Virus record (IMG/VR): IMGVR_UViG_3300038393_001395
Location: 1-46,285 of that record
DNA length: 46,285 bases
From: a virus
Lineage: Duplodnaviria; Caudoviricetes
Reading direction: 5' to 3' (one strand)
In this document: positions 34,365 through 43,927 of the stretch, in pieces
How positions within the stretch are numbered: the stretch's first letter is position 1
Layout of the letters: each line of letters starts with the position of its first letter
Notes under the pieces: model-generated
Seen by the model: the letters and a program-made list of their open reading frames with translations, nothing else
Told to the model about the DNA's origin: nothing
Database searches by the model: none
Translations under genes and position numbers: made by a program

Positions 34365-34526
34365 ATGCCCGAAGCCAACGACACCAACACCGACCACCTC
34401 ACCGTGGACGTGGTGGAGGCCTTCCACTTCGACGGCTACTTCACCAAGGCTCTCGTCGTGTGCGGTGGCATCCTCACCGTGGTGTTCCTGGTCGGCGTCG
34501 CCCTCGGCGTCATGATCGCGGCCTGA
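34365..34526 (+). CDS. 53-aa single-TM protein
   Basis: Read by hand; GGAG RBS; hydrophobic C-terminal half. Confidence 0.55.
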   Translation: MPEANDTNTDHLTVDVVEAFHFDGYFTKALVVCGGILTVVFLVGVALGVMIAA

Positions 34527-34528
34527 CC

Positions 34529-34867
34529 CTGTCCAAGTACGACACTCGGTCCAGAGAGGCCGCATCCTGGCGTCACCTCTACGGCACGGGACGATGGAAG
34601 CGCCTGAGAGCGCACCACCTCCGCACCGAGCCCCTGTGCCGCCATTGCGCGAAACAGGGCAGAACGACCGCCGCCGCCGTGGTCGACCACCTCACCCCCC
34701 ACAAGGGCGACGAGGCCAAGTTCTTCGACCCTGCCAACCTTCAAGCCCTCTGCTCCCCCTGTCACGATGCAGGCAAGCAGAAGGCAGAGAGAGCGGGCTA
34801 CAGCGGCGAGTGTGACGAGAGCGGGTGGCCTACCGACCAGAGACACCCGGCCAACCAGCGGCGCTGA
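34529..34867 (+). CDS. HNH endonuclease (HK97 gp74-like terminase cofactor); start uncertain
   Basis: PLCRHC...VVDH..PH.GD...NLQALC..CH; sits before terS. Confidence 0.88.
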   Translation: MSKYDTRSREAASWRHLYGTGRWKRLRAHHLRTEPLCRHCAKQGRTTAAAVVDHLTPHKGDEAKFFDPANLQALCSPCHDAGKQKAERAGYSGECDESGWPTDQRHPANQRR

Positions 34868-34974
34868 GGCGGGCAGGGGGGATCGAAAGTCTGGGGCCTT
34901 CGCCTCCTCGACCGGTCGGCCCGTCGCGCGCAAACCGCCGCAGGTTTCGCATCGTTTTTCGATAAGAGGCAAAG

Positions 34975-35448
34975 ATGGGCGCTCGCGGCCCCAAGGGCGA
35001 GCTGGCCCAGGTCAAGAAACTCAAGGGGAACCCGGGCAAGCGCCCGATCTCCGAGCCGGGTGTGAACGCGAAGGGCGAGCCCTTCATTGCGGAGCACCTG
35101 CCTGACGACGCCAAGGCGTGCATCGAGGTCATTCGGCAGTCCATGCCCCCGGGCGTCTACGCCAGGGCGGACAGCTTCCACCTGGCCGCGTTCGCGCGGG
35201 CCTGGGCCCTGCACAAAGAGGCGTCGGAGAACCTGAATGCACCGGGCTCCGCCGTATCAACGGGCTCGCAGGGCCAGCCGGTCGTCTCGCCGTGGGTGAG
35301 CATCCTAAACGAGCAGGCCAGGCTCATGGCGTCGCTCGGCGACAGGCTGGGTCTGGATCCGAAGTCGCGGGCGGCGCTCAAGCTTCCCGACGAAAAGCCA
35401 AAGTCGCGGTTCGAGGGGCTGATGGGGGGCGGGGCCGGCAACGCCTGA
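34975..35448 (+). CDS. terS: Terminase small subunit (P27 family)
   Basis: RGPK.....KKLKGNPGKRP...LGLDPKSRA. Confidence 0.9.
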   Translation: MGARGPKGELAQVKKLKGNPGKRPISEPGVNAKGEPFIAEHLPDDAKACIEVIRQSMPPGVYARADSFHLAAFARAWALHKEASENLNAPGSAVSTGSQGQPVVSPWVSILNEQARLMASLGDRLGLDPKSRAALKLPDEKPKSRFEGLMGGGAGNA

Positions 35449-36974
35449 ACGAGCGGGCCGAGCGGGTCATCCGCTTCATCGAATGCCTGTCGGTCCCGAG
35501 CGGCGAGGGGCAGGGCGGGCCGTTCCTGCTGAGGCCCTGGCAGAAGGCGTTCATCCGGGACGTCTACGGGCCCGCCTTTCAGAACGGCCGGCGCAAGGTG
35601 CGCCGCGCCATCCTGTCGATCGCGCGCAAGAACGGAAAGACGGCGCTGATCGCTGCCCTGGTGCTGGTCCACCTGGTGGGCCCGGAGGCCGTGACCAACG
35701 GGGAAATCTACTCGGCGGCCAACGACCGCGAGCAGGCGGCCCAGGTGTTCAAGGTAGCCAAGCAGATCGTCGAGGCGGACCCGGAACTGCGACAGCTCCT
35801 CACCGTGGTCCCGTCGACCAAGTCCATCGCGTGCAAGTCGAACGGGAGCTTTTACCGGGCCATCTCCGCGGAAGCGGGCACGAAACACGGCCTGAACCCG
35901 ACCCTGGTCATCTTCGACGAGCTCGCCCAGGCCAAGAACCGGGAACTCTACGACGTGCTCGACACGTCCATGGGCGCCCGGGAAGAACCCCTGTTCATCG
36001 CGATCTCGACTCAGTCCAACGACCCGGAACACATCCTGTCGAAACTTATCGACGACGGGCTGAGCGGGGCGGACGAGACCACGGTCTGCCACCTCTACGC
36101 GGCGCCGGAAGAGGCCGACGTGCTGGACGAGGCGGGCTGGCGGGCGGCGAACCCGGCGCTCGGGGACTTCCGCTCCCTGGAAGACCTCCGGGTGCTGGCC
36201 CACAAGGCCAAGCGACTGCCGGCCGAGGAGCCGAAGTTCAGGAACCTCTACCTGAACCAGCGGGTCGCGCCGCACTCGACCCTGATCTCAAGGGCCGATT
36301 GGGAAGGGTGCAGAGGCGCCGCGGCGTGGGAGCCGGGCGAGGCGATCTATCTCGGCCTCGACCTCTCGGCCAAGACCGACCTCACCGCCCTGGTGGGCGT
36401 GTCGGTGGAGAACCGGAGCCGGGTTCAGGCCTGGTTCTGGAAGCCGGACGACCTGATCGAAGACCACGAACGGCGCGACCGGGTCCCCTACCGGCAATGG
36501 ACTGCCGACTGGATCGAAGCGGTTCCGGGCCGGGCCATCCACCCGCGGGCGGTGGCGCTGAAGGTCGCGGAGCTGTTCGAGTCCCACCGGGTCGTCGGCC
36601 TGGCCTACGACCGCTGGCAGATCGACCACCTCCTGCGGGAGTTCGACGAGATCGGCCTGCAGGCCTTCAAGGACGGCGAAGAGGGCGACGGTCTGAGGCT
36701 GGTCCCGTGGGGACAGGGCTTCAAGGACATGAGCCCGGCGATCGACGCGCTCGAGACCGCGGTCCTGCACGACGACCTGGTCCACCCGGGCAACCCGGTG
36801 CTGACCTGGAACATGGCGAACGCCGTGGCGACCATGGACCCCGCCGGCGGACGCAAACTCGACAAGCTCAAGGCGAGGTTCCGCATCGACGGCGCCGTGG
36901 CCCTGAGCATGGCCCTGGGCCTGAAGGCGCGTGAGCGCGTGGAGCCCGAGGGCAAATCATTCTGGGAGGCGTGA
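35445..36974 (+). CDS. terL: Terminase large subunit; probable CTG start
   Basis: LRPWQ, ARKNGKT, FDELA, ANPALG, GLDLS, RIDGAVA. Confidence 0.95.
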   Translation: MNERAERVIRFIECLSVPSGEGQGGPFLLRPWQKAFIRDVYGPAFQNGRRKVRRAILSIARKNGKTALIAALVLVHLVGPEAVTNGEIYSAANDREQAAQVFKVAKQIVEADPELRQLLTVVPSTKSIACKSNGSFYRAISAEAGTKHGLNPTLVIFDELAQAKNRELYDVLDTSMGAREEPLFIAISTQSNDPEHILSKLIDDGLSGADETTVCHLYAAPEEADVLDEAGWRAANPALGDFRSLEDLRVLAHKAKRLPAEEPKFRNLYLNQRVAPHSTLISRADWEGCRGAAAWEPGEAIYLGLDLSAKTDLTALVGVSVENRSRVQAWFWKPDDLIEDHERRDRVPYRQWTADWIEAVPGRAIHPRAVALKVAELFESHRVVGLAYDRWQIDHLLREFDEIGLQAFKDGEEGDGLRLVPWGQGFKDMSPAIDALETAVLHDDLVHPGNPVLTWNMANAVATMDPAGGRKLDKLKARFRIDGAVALSMALGLKARERVEPEGKSFWEA

Positions 36975-37162
36975 TGCGTCTGAAGATCGACGTCGCCGCC
37001 CTGCGCAAGGCCGCGCCGACCCTGGTCCGTGACGCCGCCGGACTCGGCGGGTGTGGGCTGGTCGCCTACGGGGCCGGGCTGATCTACCACCCGGCGGGCT
37101 TCATCATCGGCGGCCTGTTCCTGATGGCGGGCGCCTTCCTGTCGGCGCGAGCGAAACCCTGA
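36974..37162 (+). CDS. Small 2-TM protein between terL and portal
   Basis: Coupled on both sides; hydrophobic. Confidence 0.65.
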   Translation: MRLKIDVAALRKAAPTLVRDAAGLGGCGLVAYGAGLIYHPAGFIIGGLFLMAGAFLSARAKP

Positions 37163-38397
37163 TGTCGGGTCTTTTCGGGGCGCTGGCGGCCGGCGCGGAA
37201 CGCAAGTCCGCGGCGGTGCTCGACCAACTGCCGTGGTTCATGTTCACCCCGGCGTCCAAAGCCGGGCCGACCGTGAACCATCACACCGCGCTGCAGGTCG
37301 CCACGGTGCTGTCGTGCGTGCGGGTGCTGGCCGAGGGTGTGGCCCAGGTCCCGTTCAAGCTCTACCGGGCGCGCAAGGCGGGCGGCGCCGACCCGGCTGC
37401 GGACCATCCGCTCTACTCGGTGCTCTACCGTCGTCCGAACGGTTGGCAGACCTCGTTCGAGTTCCGCGAAACGGTGATGCTGCACCTGATCCTGTGCGGC
37501 AACGCTTTCGTCTACAAGAACATGGTGGGCGGCCGGGTCCACGAGCTGATCCCGCTGGAGCCGGGGAACGTCAACGTCACCCGGAACGCCGACCTGACCC
37601 TGGCCTATTCGGTCCGCGGTCAGGACGGGATCTACAAGCCGGTCCCGGCCGAACTGATGTGGCACCTGCGCGGCCCGTCCTGGAACTCCTGGATGGGCAT
37701 GGAGGCGGTCAAGCTGGCGCGCGAGGCCATCGGGCTTTCGCTGGCGCTGGAAGAGTCGCACGCCCAGCTCCACAAGAACGGGTCGCAGACGAGCGGGGCC
37801 TACGCCGTCGAGGGCAACCTCAGCGGTGAGCAGCACGCCCAGCTCACCAAGTGGATCAAGGAGCACACGACCGGGCCGAACAAGCACGCGCCCCTGGTGC
37901 TGGACCGTGGCGCGAAGTGGCTGGCGCAACAGATGTCGGGCGTCGACGCCCAGCACCTCGAGACCCGCAAGCACCAGATCGAAGAGGTGTGCCGGTTCTT
38001 CCGGGTGTTCCCGCAGATGGTGGGCCACGCCGGCGACCAGACGCCGACCTTCGCCAGCGCCGAGCAGTTCTTCATCGCCCATGTGGTTCACAGCCTGCAG
38101 CCCTGGTGCGAGCGCATCGAGCAGTCGGCTGACGTGAACCTGGTCCCGGCCAACGAGCCGGACCTCTACGTCAAGTTCAACCTGAACGGCCTGCTCCGCG
38201 GCGCCAGCAAGGACCGGAGCGAATACCTCGCCAAGGCGCTCGGCGCCGGCGGAGCGCCCGCCTGGATGACCCAGGACGAGGTCCGGGCCCTGGAAGAACT
38301 GAACCCGATGGGTGGGGCCGCCGCGACGCTGCGCGAGCCGACCAACGTCGCCAAGACCACGCCGGCCGATCCCGGCTCCAACAACTCCAAGGACTGA
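37162..38397 (+). CDS. Portal protein (HK97 family)
   Basis: TALQVATV..CV.VLAE.VA..P, PN.WQT..EF, GNA, DAQ.LE.RK. Confidence 0.95.
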   Translation: MSGLFGALAAGAERKSAAVLDQLPWFMFTPASKAGPTVNHHTALQVATVLSCVRVLAEGVAQVPFKLYRARKAGGADPAADHPLYSVLYRRPNGWQTSFEFRETVMLHLILCGNAFVYKNMVGGRVHELIPLEPGNVNVTRNADLTLAYSVRGQDGIYKPVPAELMWHLRGPSWNSWMGMEAVKLAREAIGLSLALEESHAQLHKNGSQTSGAYAVEGNLSGEQHAQLTKWIKEHTTGPNKHAPLVLDRGAKWLAQQMSGVDAQHLETRKHQIEEVCRFFRVFPQMVGHAGDQTPTFASAEQFFIAHVVHSLQPWCERIEQSADVNLVPANEPDLYVKFNLNGLLRGASKDRSEYLAKALGAGGAPAWMTQDEVRALEELNPMGGAAATLREPTNVAKTTPADPGSNNSKD

Positions 38398-38401
38398 CCG
38401 C

Positions 38402-39091
38402 ATGGCCGGATGGGAGACCAAGGGCGTGTCCGGCGTGGACCGCCTCGCCTTCGACTGCGAGATCAAGCTCGCCGGCGACGGTAACGAGGGCACGGTCGAG
38501 GGCTACGCCTCGGTGTTCGGGATCCTCGACCGCGGCGGCGACATGGTGATGCCGGGCGCCTTCAAGGCGAGCCTGGCCGAGTGGAAGCGCAAGAAGGCCT
38601 TCCCGCCCATGCTCTGGCAGCACGACCCGTCCCAGCCCATCGGGGTGTGGACGGAGATGGTCGAGGACGACAAGGGCCTGAAGGTGAAGGGCGAGCTGGT
38701 GCTCGACGTGCCTCTGGCCGCCACCGCCCGCGCGCTGATCAAGGCCGGCGCGGTGAAGGGCCTGTCCATCGGCTACCTGACCCGCGACGCCGACATCGAC
38801 CGGCAGACCGGCGCCCGGCACCTGAAGAAGGTGGACCTGTGGGAAGTCTCCCCGGTCACCTTCCCCATGCTGCCGGAAGCCCAGATCACGGGCGTGAAGG
38901 GCGATTTCGACCCGAGCGCCTGGGAGAAGGCCTTTCGCGACGAAGGGCTCTCCAACCGCGAAGCCAAGCTCGCGACGAGCGTGGCCCGCAAGCTTGTCCT
39001 CCGTGACGGAGGGCGTTCCGAGACCACCCGCCGAGACGGCGGCGCTGATCTCCTGATGTCCCTCCGCAAGGCCTCCGAGGCCCTGCGCTAA
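38402..39091 (+). CDS. Prohead protease (HK97 family)
   Basis: EGYASVF, MLWQHD..PIG, GLSIGY, LWEVS.VTFP. Confidence 0.95.
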   Translation: MAGWETKGVSGVDRLAFDCEIKLAGDGNEGTVEGYASVFGILDRGGDMVMPGAFKASLAEWKRKKAFPPMLWQHDPSQPIGVWTEMVEDDKGLKVKGELVLDVPLAATARALIKAGAVKGLSIGYLTRDADIDRQTGARHLKKVDLWEVSPVTFPMLPEAQITGVKGDFDPSAWEKAFRDEGLSNREAKLATSVARKLVLRDGGRSETTRRDGGADLLMSLRKASEALR

Positions 39092-39108
39092 CCACGGAAA
39101 ACCCCGAC

Positions 39109-40464
39109 ATGATGCACTACCGCAAGTCGGCGCTGCTGAGCGGCGCCGCCCTCTCCCTCGCGCCCGAGCGCAAGGACGACGACGCCTCGCAACTGACCGC
39201 CGAGGTGAAGAAGGCCGTCGACGGCCTGACCGCCACCTTCGAAGAGTTCAAGCGCAAGAACGACGAGCGCCTGAAGCAGGCCGAGAAGAAGGGCGAAGAC
39301 GCCGTCACCAAGGACGAAGTCGAGAAGCTGAACAAGGCGATCGACCAAGGCCTGGCCGACATCAAGAAGCGCATGGACGAGACCGAAGCCAAGGCCAACC
39401 GCCTGGCCCTGTCGGGCGGCGGCGCCGGCGACGTCGAGGCCAAGGCCGCGGCCGACCTCGGCAAGATGCTCGGCAAGTCCGACCTGAGCGTGGCCGAGTA
39501 CCGCGAATACAAGTCGGCCGTGGACTCCTACATCCGCCGCAACGAGGTGAAGACCGTCACGCTGCAGGCCGGCTCGGACCCGGCCGGCGGCTACCTGATC
39601 ACCCCGGACACCTCGGGCCGGCTGGTGAAGAAGGTCTACGAGAGCTCGCCGATGCGCCAGCTCGCCAACGTCGTGAACATCGGCACCGACTCGCTGGAAG
39701 GTCCGATCGACAACGGCGAGGCCGACGCGGCCTGGGTGGGCGAGCAGGGCACCCGCTCGCAGACCGACGCGCCGCAGTTCGGCAAGTGGACCATCGCGGC
39801 CCACGAGCTGTACGCCTACCCGAAGGCCACCCAGAAGTCCCTCGAAGACGCCAACATGGACATCGAGGCCTGGCTGGCGGGCAAGGCGGCCGACAAGTTC
39901 GCCCGCAAGGAGACCACGGCGTTCTACACCGGCTCGGGCATCCTGCAGCCGCAGGGCATCCTGACCTATCAGTTCGCCGCCACCGCCGACTCCGGCCGTT
40001 CCTGGGGCACGTTCGAATACGTCGCCTCGGGCGCCTCGGGCGCGTTCGCCGCGTCCAACCCGGCCGACAAGCTGATCGACCTGATCTTCGCGCTGAAGGC
40101 GGCCTACCGCGCCAACGCGAAGTTCCAGATGTCGCGCTCCACCATGGGCGCGGTCCGCAAGCTGAAGGACGGCCAGGGCAACTACCTGGTCGACCTGCGC
40201 CTGCGCGACGGCGCCCTGGTCGAGACCATCTTCGGTTTCCCGAACGTGGACGCCGAGGACATGTCGGCCATCGCCGCCAACTCCTACTCCATCGGCTTCG
40301 GCGATTGGGCCGAGACCTACACCATCGTGGACCGCCTCGGGATCTCCGTGGTTCGCGACAACATCACCCAGCCGGGCTTCGTGAAGTTCCACTTCCGCAA
40401 GCGCGTGGGCGGCGGCGTCGTGAACTTCGAGTCCGCCAAGTTCATGAAATTCGCCGCCTCCTAA
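39109..40464 (+). CDS. Major capsid protein (HK97 fold with delta domain)
   Basis: N-terminal coiled coil; GGYL.P; KLKDGQGNYL; RKRVGG. Confidence 0.95.
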   Translation: MMHYRKSALLSGAALSLAPERKDDDASQLTAEVKKAVDGLTATFEEFKRKNDERLKQAEKKGEDAVTKDEVEKLNKAIDQGLADIKKRMDETEAKANRLALSGGGAGDVEAKAAADLGKMLGKSDLSVAEYREYKSAVDSYIRRNEVKTVTLQAGSDPAGGYLITPDTSGRLVKKVYESSPMRQLANVVNIGTDSLEGPIDNGEADAAWVGEQGTRSQTDAPQFGKWTIAAHELYAYPKATQKSLEDANMDIEAWLAGKAADKFARKETTAFYTGSGILQPQGILTYQFAATADSGRSWGTFEYVASGASGAFAASNPADKLIDLIFALKAAYRANAKFQMSRSTMGAVRKLKDGQGNYLVDLRLRDGALVETIFGFPNVDAEDMSAIAANSYSIGFGDWAETYTIVDRLGISVVRDNITQPGFVKFHFRKRVGGGVVNFESAKFMKFAAS

Positions 40465-40477
40465 GGCCTCCCCCGAC

Positions 40478-40501
40478 TGAGGGCGGCTCAGGCCGCCCTC
40501 A
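40478..40501 (+). terminator. Hairpin after MCP
   Basis: TGAGGGCGGC-TCAG-GCCGCCCTCA with a weak U tract. Confidence 0.5.
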
Positions 40502-40525
40502 CTTCTTCAGATAAGGAAAGCTCCC

Positions 40526-40975
40526 ATGACTCCTGAACGGGACGGGGCCACGGAAAAGAACGTGGCCGTGCTCATCCCCTCGGCCACCTACGCGGCCGAC
40601 AACACCCCGGCCGCGGTCGACAACCTGGGCTATCGGGAAGCCACCATCACCCTGCACGTCGGGGTCGGCGGCATCACCTTCTCGGGCACCAACAAGATCG
40701 AGTTCGTGCTGACCCACTCGGACGACGACTCGACCTATTCGGCCGTGTCCGACACCGACCTGGTGCTGGACAGCTACGCGCCGGCCACGATCTCGAGCGG
40801 CATCGTCCGCGCCCTGACCGCCGCCCACGCCGCGGCCACGGTGCAGAAGATCGGCTACGTGGGCGGCAAGCGCTACCTCAAGCTGCTGGCCGACTTCTCG
40901 GGCACCCACGGCACCGGCACGCCGATCTCGGCGTCCGTGGTCCGTGAGTGCGCCAACTTCGAAGGCGCGGCCTAA
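40526..40975 (+). CDS. Virion protein after MCP (possible decoration protein)
   Basis: AAGGA RBS; GYVGGKRYLK beta-rich motif. Confidence 0.6.
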   Translation: MTPERDGATEKNVAVLIPSATYAADNTPAAVDNLGYREATITLHVGVGGITFSGTNKIEFVLTHSDDDSTYSAVSDTDLVLDSYAPATISSGIVRALTAAHAAATVQKIGYVGGKRYLKLLADFSGTHGTGTPISASVVRECANFEGAA

Positions 40976-40979
40976 GCCC

Positions 40980-41561
40980 ATGCCCCTTCGCCTGCTGACG
41001 GCCCCGACCGGCCTTCCGGTCTCGCTCGATGAGGCGAAGGGGCACCTTCGTGTCGAGTCCACGGACGACGACACCCTGATCACCGGCCTGCTCACCGCGG
41101 CCGTGCAACACCTCGACGGGAAGGACGGCTGGCTCGGCCGCTGTCTCCTGCCGCAGCAATGGGCGCTCGACATCGACCACGGCTGGCCGTGCGAGGTCGA
41201 ACTTCCCCTGCTGCCGGTCACAGCCGTGGACGCGGTGAAGTACGTGGACATGGACGGGTCCGAGCAGACCCTCTCCACCGACTATTACGACGTCCACCTC
41301 GACCGGGGCCTGGTGTCCTGGGCCTACGGGGTGTGCCTGCCGGCCGCGCGCTGCCAGCGCAACGCGGTCTCGGTGGAGTTCTCGGCCGGCTACGCGGACG
41401 CCCACAGCGTCCCCGGCCCCATCAAGTCGGCCATCCTGCTTATGGTCGGAAACCTCTACGCCAACCGCGAGGCCGTTAACGTCGGCAATATCGTGACCGA
41501 CATTCCGTTCGGCGTTGACGCCCTGCTCGCCCCCTACCGCGTCCGACGCACGGTCGCCTGA
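40980..41561 (+). CDS. Head-tail connector (gp6-like)
   Basis: PVSLDEAK.HLRV...DD.LI; AILLMVG.LYANRE. Confidence 0.9.
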   Translation: MPLRLLTAPTGLPVSLDEAKGHLRVESTDDDTLITGLLTAAVQHLDGKDGWLGRCLLPQQWALDIDHGWPCEVELPLLPVTAVDAVKYVDMDGSEQTLSTDYYDVHLDRGLVSWAYGVCLPAARCQRNAVSVEFSAGYADAHSVPGPIKSAILLMVGNLYANREAVNVGNIVTDIPFGVDALLAPYRVRRTVA

Positions 41562-41592
41562 CGCTCCCCCTCTCGAACAAGGAACCCCGACC

Positions 41593-42096
41593 ATGACCGG
41601 AGTCACCGCCGAAGTCGGCGTCTACATCAACGGCCGGGTCACCCGGGCGAACGACCTGAACTCGGTGTCGGCCGACCTGAACGAGGACTGGTCCAAGGCG
41701 TTCGTGGCCGGCACGGGCTCGGGCGCCGGGGACCTGGTGTTCGCTGACACCCGCACCATCGCCGCGTCGGGCACCGACAACCTCGATCTCGCCGGCGGCG
41801 TCACCGACACCTTCGGCGGCACGGTCACGTTCGTGGACGTGAAGGCCATCCTGGTCCGGGCCTCGGCCGCCAACACCAACAACGTCCAGGTCGGCGGGGC
41901 CGGTTCGAACCCGTTCGTCGGCCCGATGAGCGGCACCGGCGTCACCACCCTGCCGCCGGGCGGGATCGCCTGCTGGGTTCACCCCGGCGCAGGCTGGACC
42001 GTGACCGCGGCCACCGGGGACATCCTGAAGGTCGCCAACTCGGCCGGCGGGACCTCGGTCGACTACGACATCATCATCGTCGGGGCTTCGGCCTAA
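41593..42096 (+). CDS. Hypothetical structural protein
   Basis: AAGGA RBS; Gly/Thr/Ala beta-rich. Confidence 0.65.
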   Translation: MTGVTAEVGVYINGRVTRANDLNSVSADLNEDWSKAFVAGTGSGAGDLVFADTRTIAASGTDNLDLAGGVTDTFGGTVTFVDVKAILVRASAANTNNVQVGGAGSNPFVGPMSGTGVTTLPPGGIACWVHPGAGWTVTAATGDILKVANSAGGTSVDYDIIIVGASA

Positions 42097-42100
42097 GCCG

Positions 42101-42268
42101 ATGGCCTGGGTCCAGTTCGAGCGCCGGTTCACGTTCAAGCCCCGGCCGAACGTGATGCAGGACTTCGGGCCGGGCCTGGTCAACGTCACGCGCGCCTGCG
42201 CCGCCGCGGCCGTCACCGCCGGCGCAGGCAAGCGCGCCAAGGCCCCCAAACGCGAGGAACTGCCGTGA
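42101..42268 (+). CDS. 55-aa hypothetical protein
   Basis: Read by hand (MAWVQFERRFTFKP...); coupled to the next gene. Confidence 0.55.
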   Translation: MAWVQFERRFTFKPRPNVMQDFGPGLVNVTRACAAAAVTAGAGKRAKAPKREELP

Positions 42269-42591
42269 AGGCCGGTCTCCTGCGCGAACGGGTCACGTTC
42301 GAACGCCGCGCGCTCGACGGCAACGGCGACCGGCTCGGGGCCTGGGAGGCGCAGTTCACCCGCTCGGCCCACGCCCGGCCGCTGGTCGGCGGCGAGGCGG
42401 TCATGGCCCAGCGTCTGGCCGCCAAGCAGCCTTACCTATTCACGGTGCGGGCCTGTTCGGAGACGGCCACGGTCGATCCGACGTGGCGGCTCATCTGGAA
42501 CGGCGCGGCCTTCAACATCCGGGCCGTGACCCTGAACGAGCGGCGGGACGGCTACGACATCCTGGCCGACGCCGGGGGCGCGAGTGGCTGA
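42265..42591 (+). CDS. Head closure / head-tail adaptor
   Basis: AG.LRERVTF; WRL.W.G..FNI. Confidence 0.85.
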   Translation: MKAGLLRERVTFERRALDGNGDRLGAWEAQFTRSAHARPLVGGEAVMAQRLAAKQPYLFTVRACSETATVDPTWRLIWNGAAFNIRAVTLNERRDGYDILADAGGASG

Positions 42592-42997
42592 CTCGGTCCG
42601 CACGCAGAACCTTCAACGGTTCAAGGAGAAGGTGCTCAAGCGCTTTCCCCAGGCGGCCAAGGACGAAATCCGCAAGGCGAACGACAAGAACGCCGACGAG
42701 TTCATGGCGAAGCTCCGCCAGATCGTCCCGACCGACACGGGGGAGCTGGAGCGCACCATCGCCAAGGAGCCGGGCCGCACCGAGACCGCGGTGGCGGTCG
42801 GGGTGGGGGATGCGGAGACCCCGGCCGGGCCTGTCGAATACGGGCACATGACCGGGGAGCAGGGCTCGTCGGGCCGTGAGCACGTCCGGGGGCGGCCGTT
42901 CTTCTGGCCGGCTCGCCGGGTGCTGTTCAAGCGCATGAAGAACCGGACCGCCCGGGCCATGACCAAGGCGGCCAAGATCACGGCGGGGGCGCAATGA
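42584..42997 (+). CDS. HK97 gp10-like neck protein
   Basis: P.DTG.L..TI; VEYG; RPFFWPA. Confidence 0.85.
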   Translation: MADSVRTQNLQRFKEKVLKRFPQAAKDEIRKANDKNADEFMAKLRQIVPTDTGELERTIAKEPGRTETAVAVGVGDAETPAGPVEYGHMTGEQGSSGREHVRGRPFFWPARRVLFKRMKNRTARAMTKAAKITAGAQ

Positions 42998-43413
42998 GCG
43001 GTCTGCTTTCGACCCTGCAGGACGCGGTGGAAGCCGCGCTCCGGGCCGACGACGCCCTCAATACCGCCATGGGCGGCGCGGTCCGGGTCTACGACACGGT
43101 CCCGCCGGGCGCGGCGTTCCCCTACCTCGTCCACGGCGCCCCGCAGGCCGTCCCCGACCTGGCCGAAGGCTACGCCGGCAAGGACGTGTTCGTGGAGCTG
43201 CACGTCTGGTCCCGGCCCGAACCGCCGAGCCTAGGCAAGCGCGAGGCGGCCGACATCGCCGGCGCGGTCGAAGAAGCCCTGCTGACCGACCTCGACCTCG
43301 GGGCCTGGCGCCTCACGGACGCGGTCCCTGAAGACACCCGGATATTCGACGACGGCGACGGCCTGACCCGGCACGGCGTCGTCACCGTCCGCTACCTGAC
43401 CGAACCGGCCTGA
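42994..43413 (+). CDS. Tail terminator (DUF3168)
   Basis: VYD.VP....FPY; LHVWSR; TRHGV. Confidence 0.85.
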   Translation: MSGLLSTLQDAVEAALRADDALNTAMGGAVRVYDTVPPGAAFPYLVHGAPQAVPDLAEGYAGKDVFVELHVWSRPEPPSLGKREAADIAGAVEEALLTDLDLGAWRLTDAVPEDTRIFDDGDGLTRHGVVTVRYLTEPA

Positions 43414-43438
43414 GCCGGCCCGGACCTAACCCGCCATC

Positions 43439-43459
43439 GCCCGCTTCGGCGGGCTTTTT
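43439..43459 (+). terminator. Hairpin GCCCGC-TTCG-GCGGGC followed by T5, before the tail tube gene
   Basis: Near-copy of the 7831 element. Confidence 0.55.
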
Positions 43460-43480
43460 CATGCCTGGAAGGAGCCTGCC

Positions 43481-43927
43481 ATGGCCCAAGCTCAAACCAC
43501 CAAGTTCGGCAAGTTCAAGATCTACGTCGAGGCGACCGCCGGTTCCGGCACGTTCATCGCGCCGTGCGGCCTGACCCAGAAGTCGTTCGACCTGTCGGCC
43601 TCGGCCAACGAAGACACCATCCCGGACTGCGACGACCCGGACGCCCCCGCCTGGGTGGCGCGCACGGTCGCCAGCCTGTCGGCCGGCGTGTCCGGCCAAG
43701 GCGTGTGGGACGGCGACGCCTACGCCACCTGGCGCGCCCTGTTCCTGGCCGCGGAGTCGTTCAACGTCCGCATCGAGTTCGACGAGACCGGCGCCAACGG
43801 CGGCGGCTACTACGAGGGCGCCATGGTCCTGACCGCGCTCGGCAACTCGGCCAGCATCGGCCAGCGGGTGCAGGCCTCCGTCACCCTGGCCTCGGACGGG
43901 CCGCTGACCTGGGTCGCCGCGGCGTGA
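43481..43927 (+). CDS. Major tail tube protein
   Basis: PCGLT.K...PDCDDPD; SDG...W; AAGGAG RBS. Confidence 0.85.
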   Translation: MAQAQTTKFGKFKIYVEATAGSGTFIAPCGLTQKSFDLSASANEDTIPDCDDPDAPAWVARTVASLSAGVSGQGVWDGDAYATWRALFLAAESFNVRIEFDETGANGGGYYEGAMVLTALGNSASIGQRVQASVTLASDGPLTWVAAA

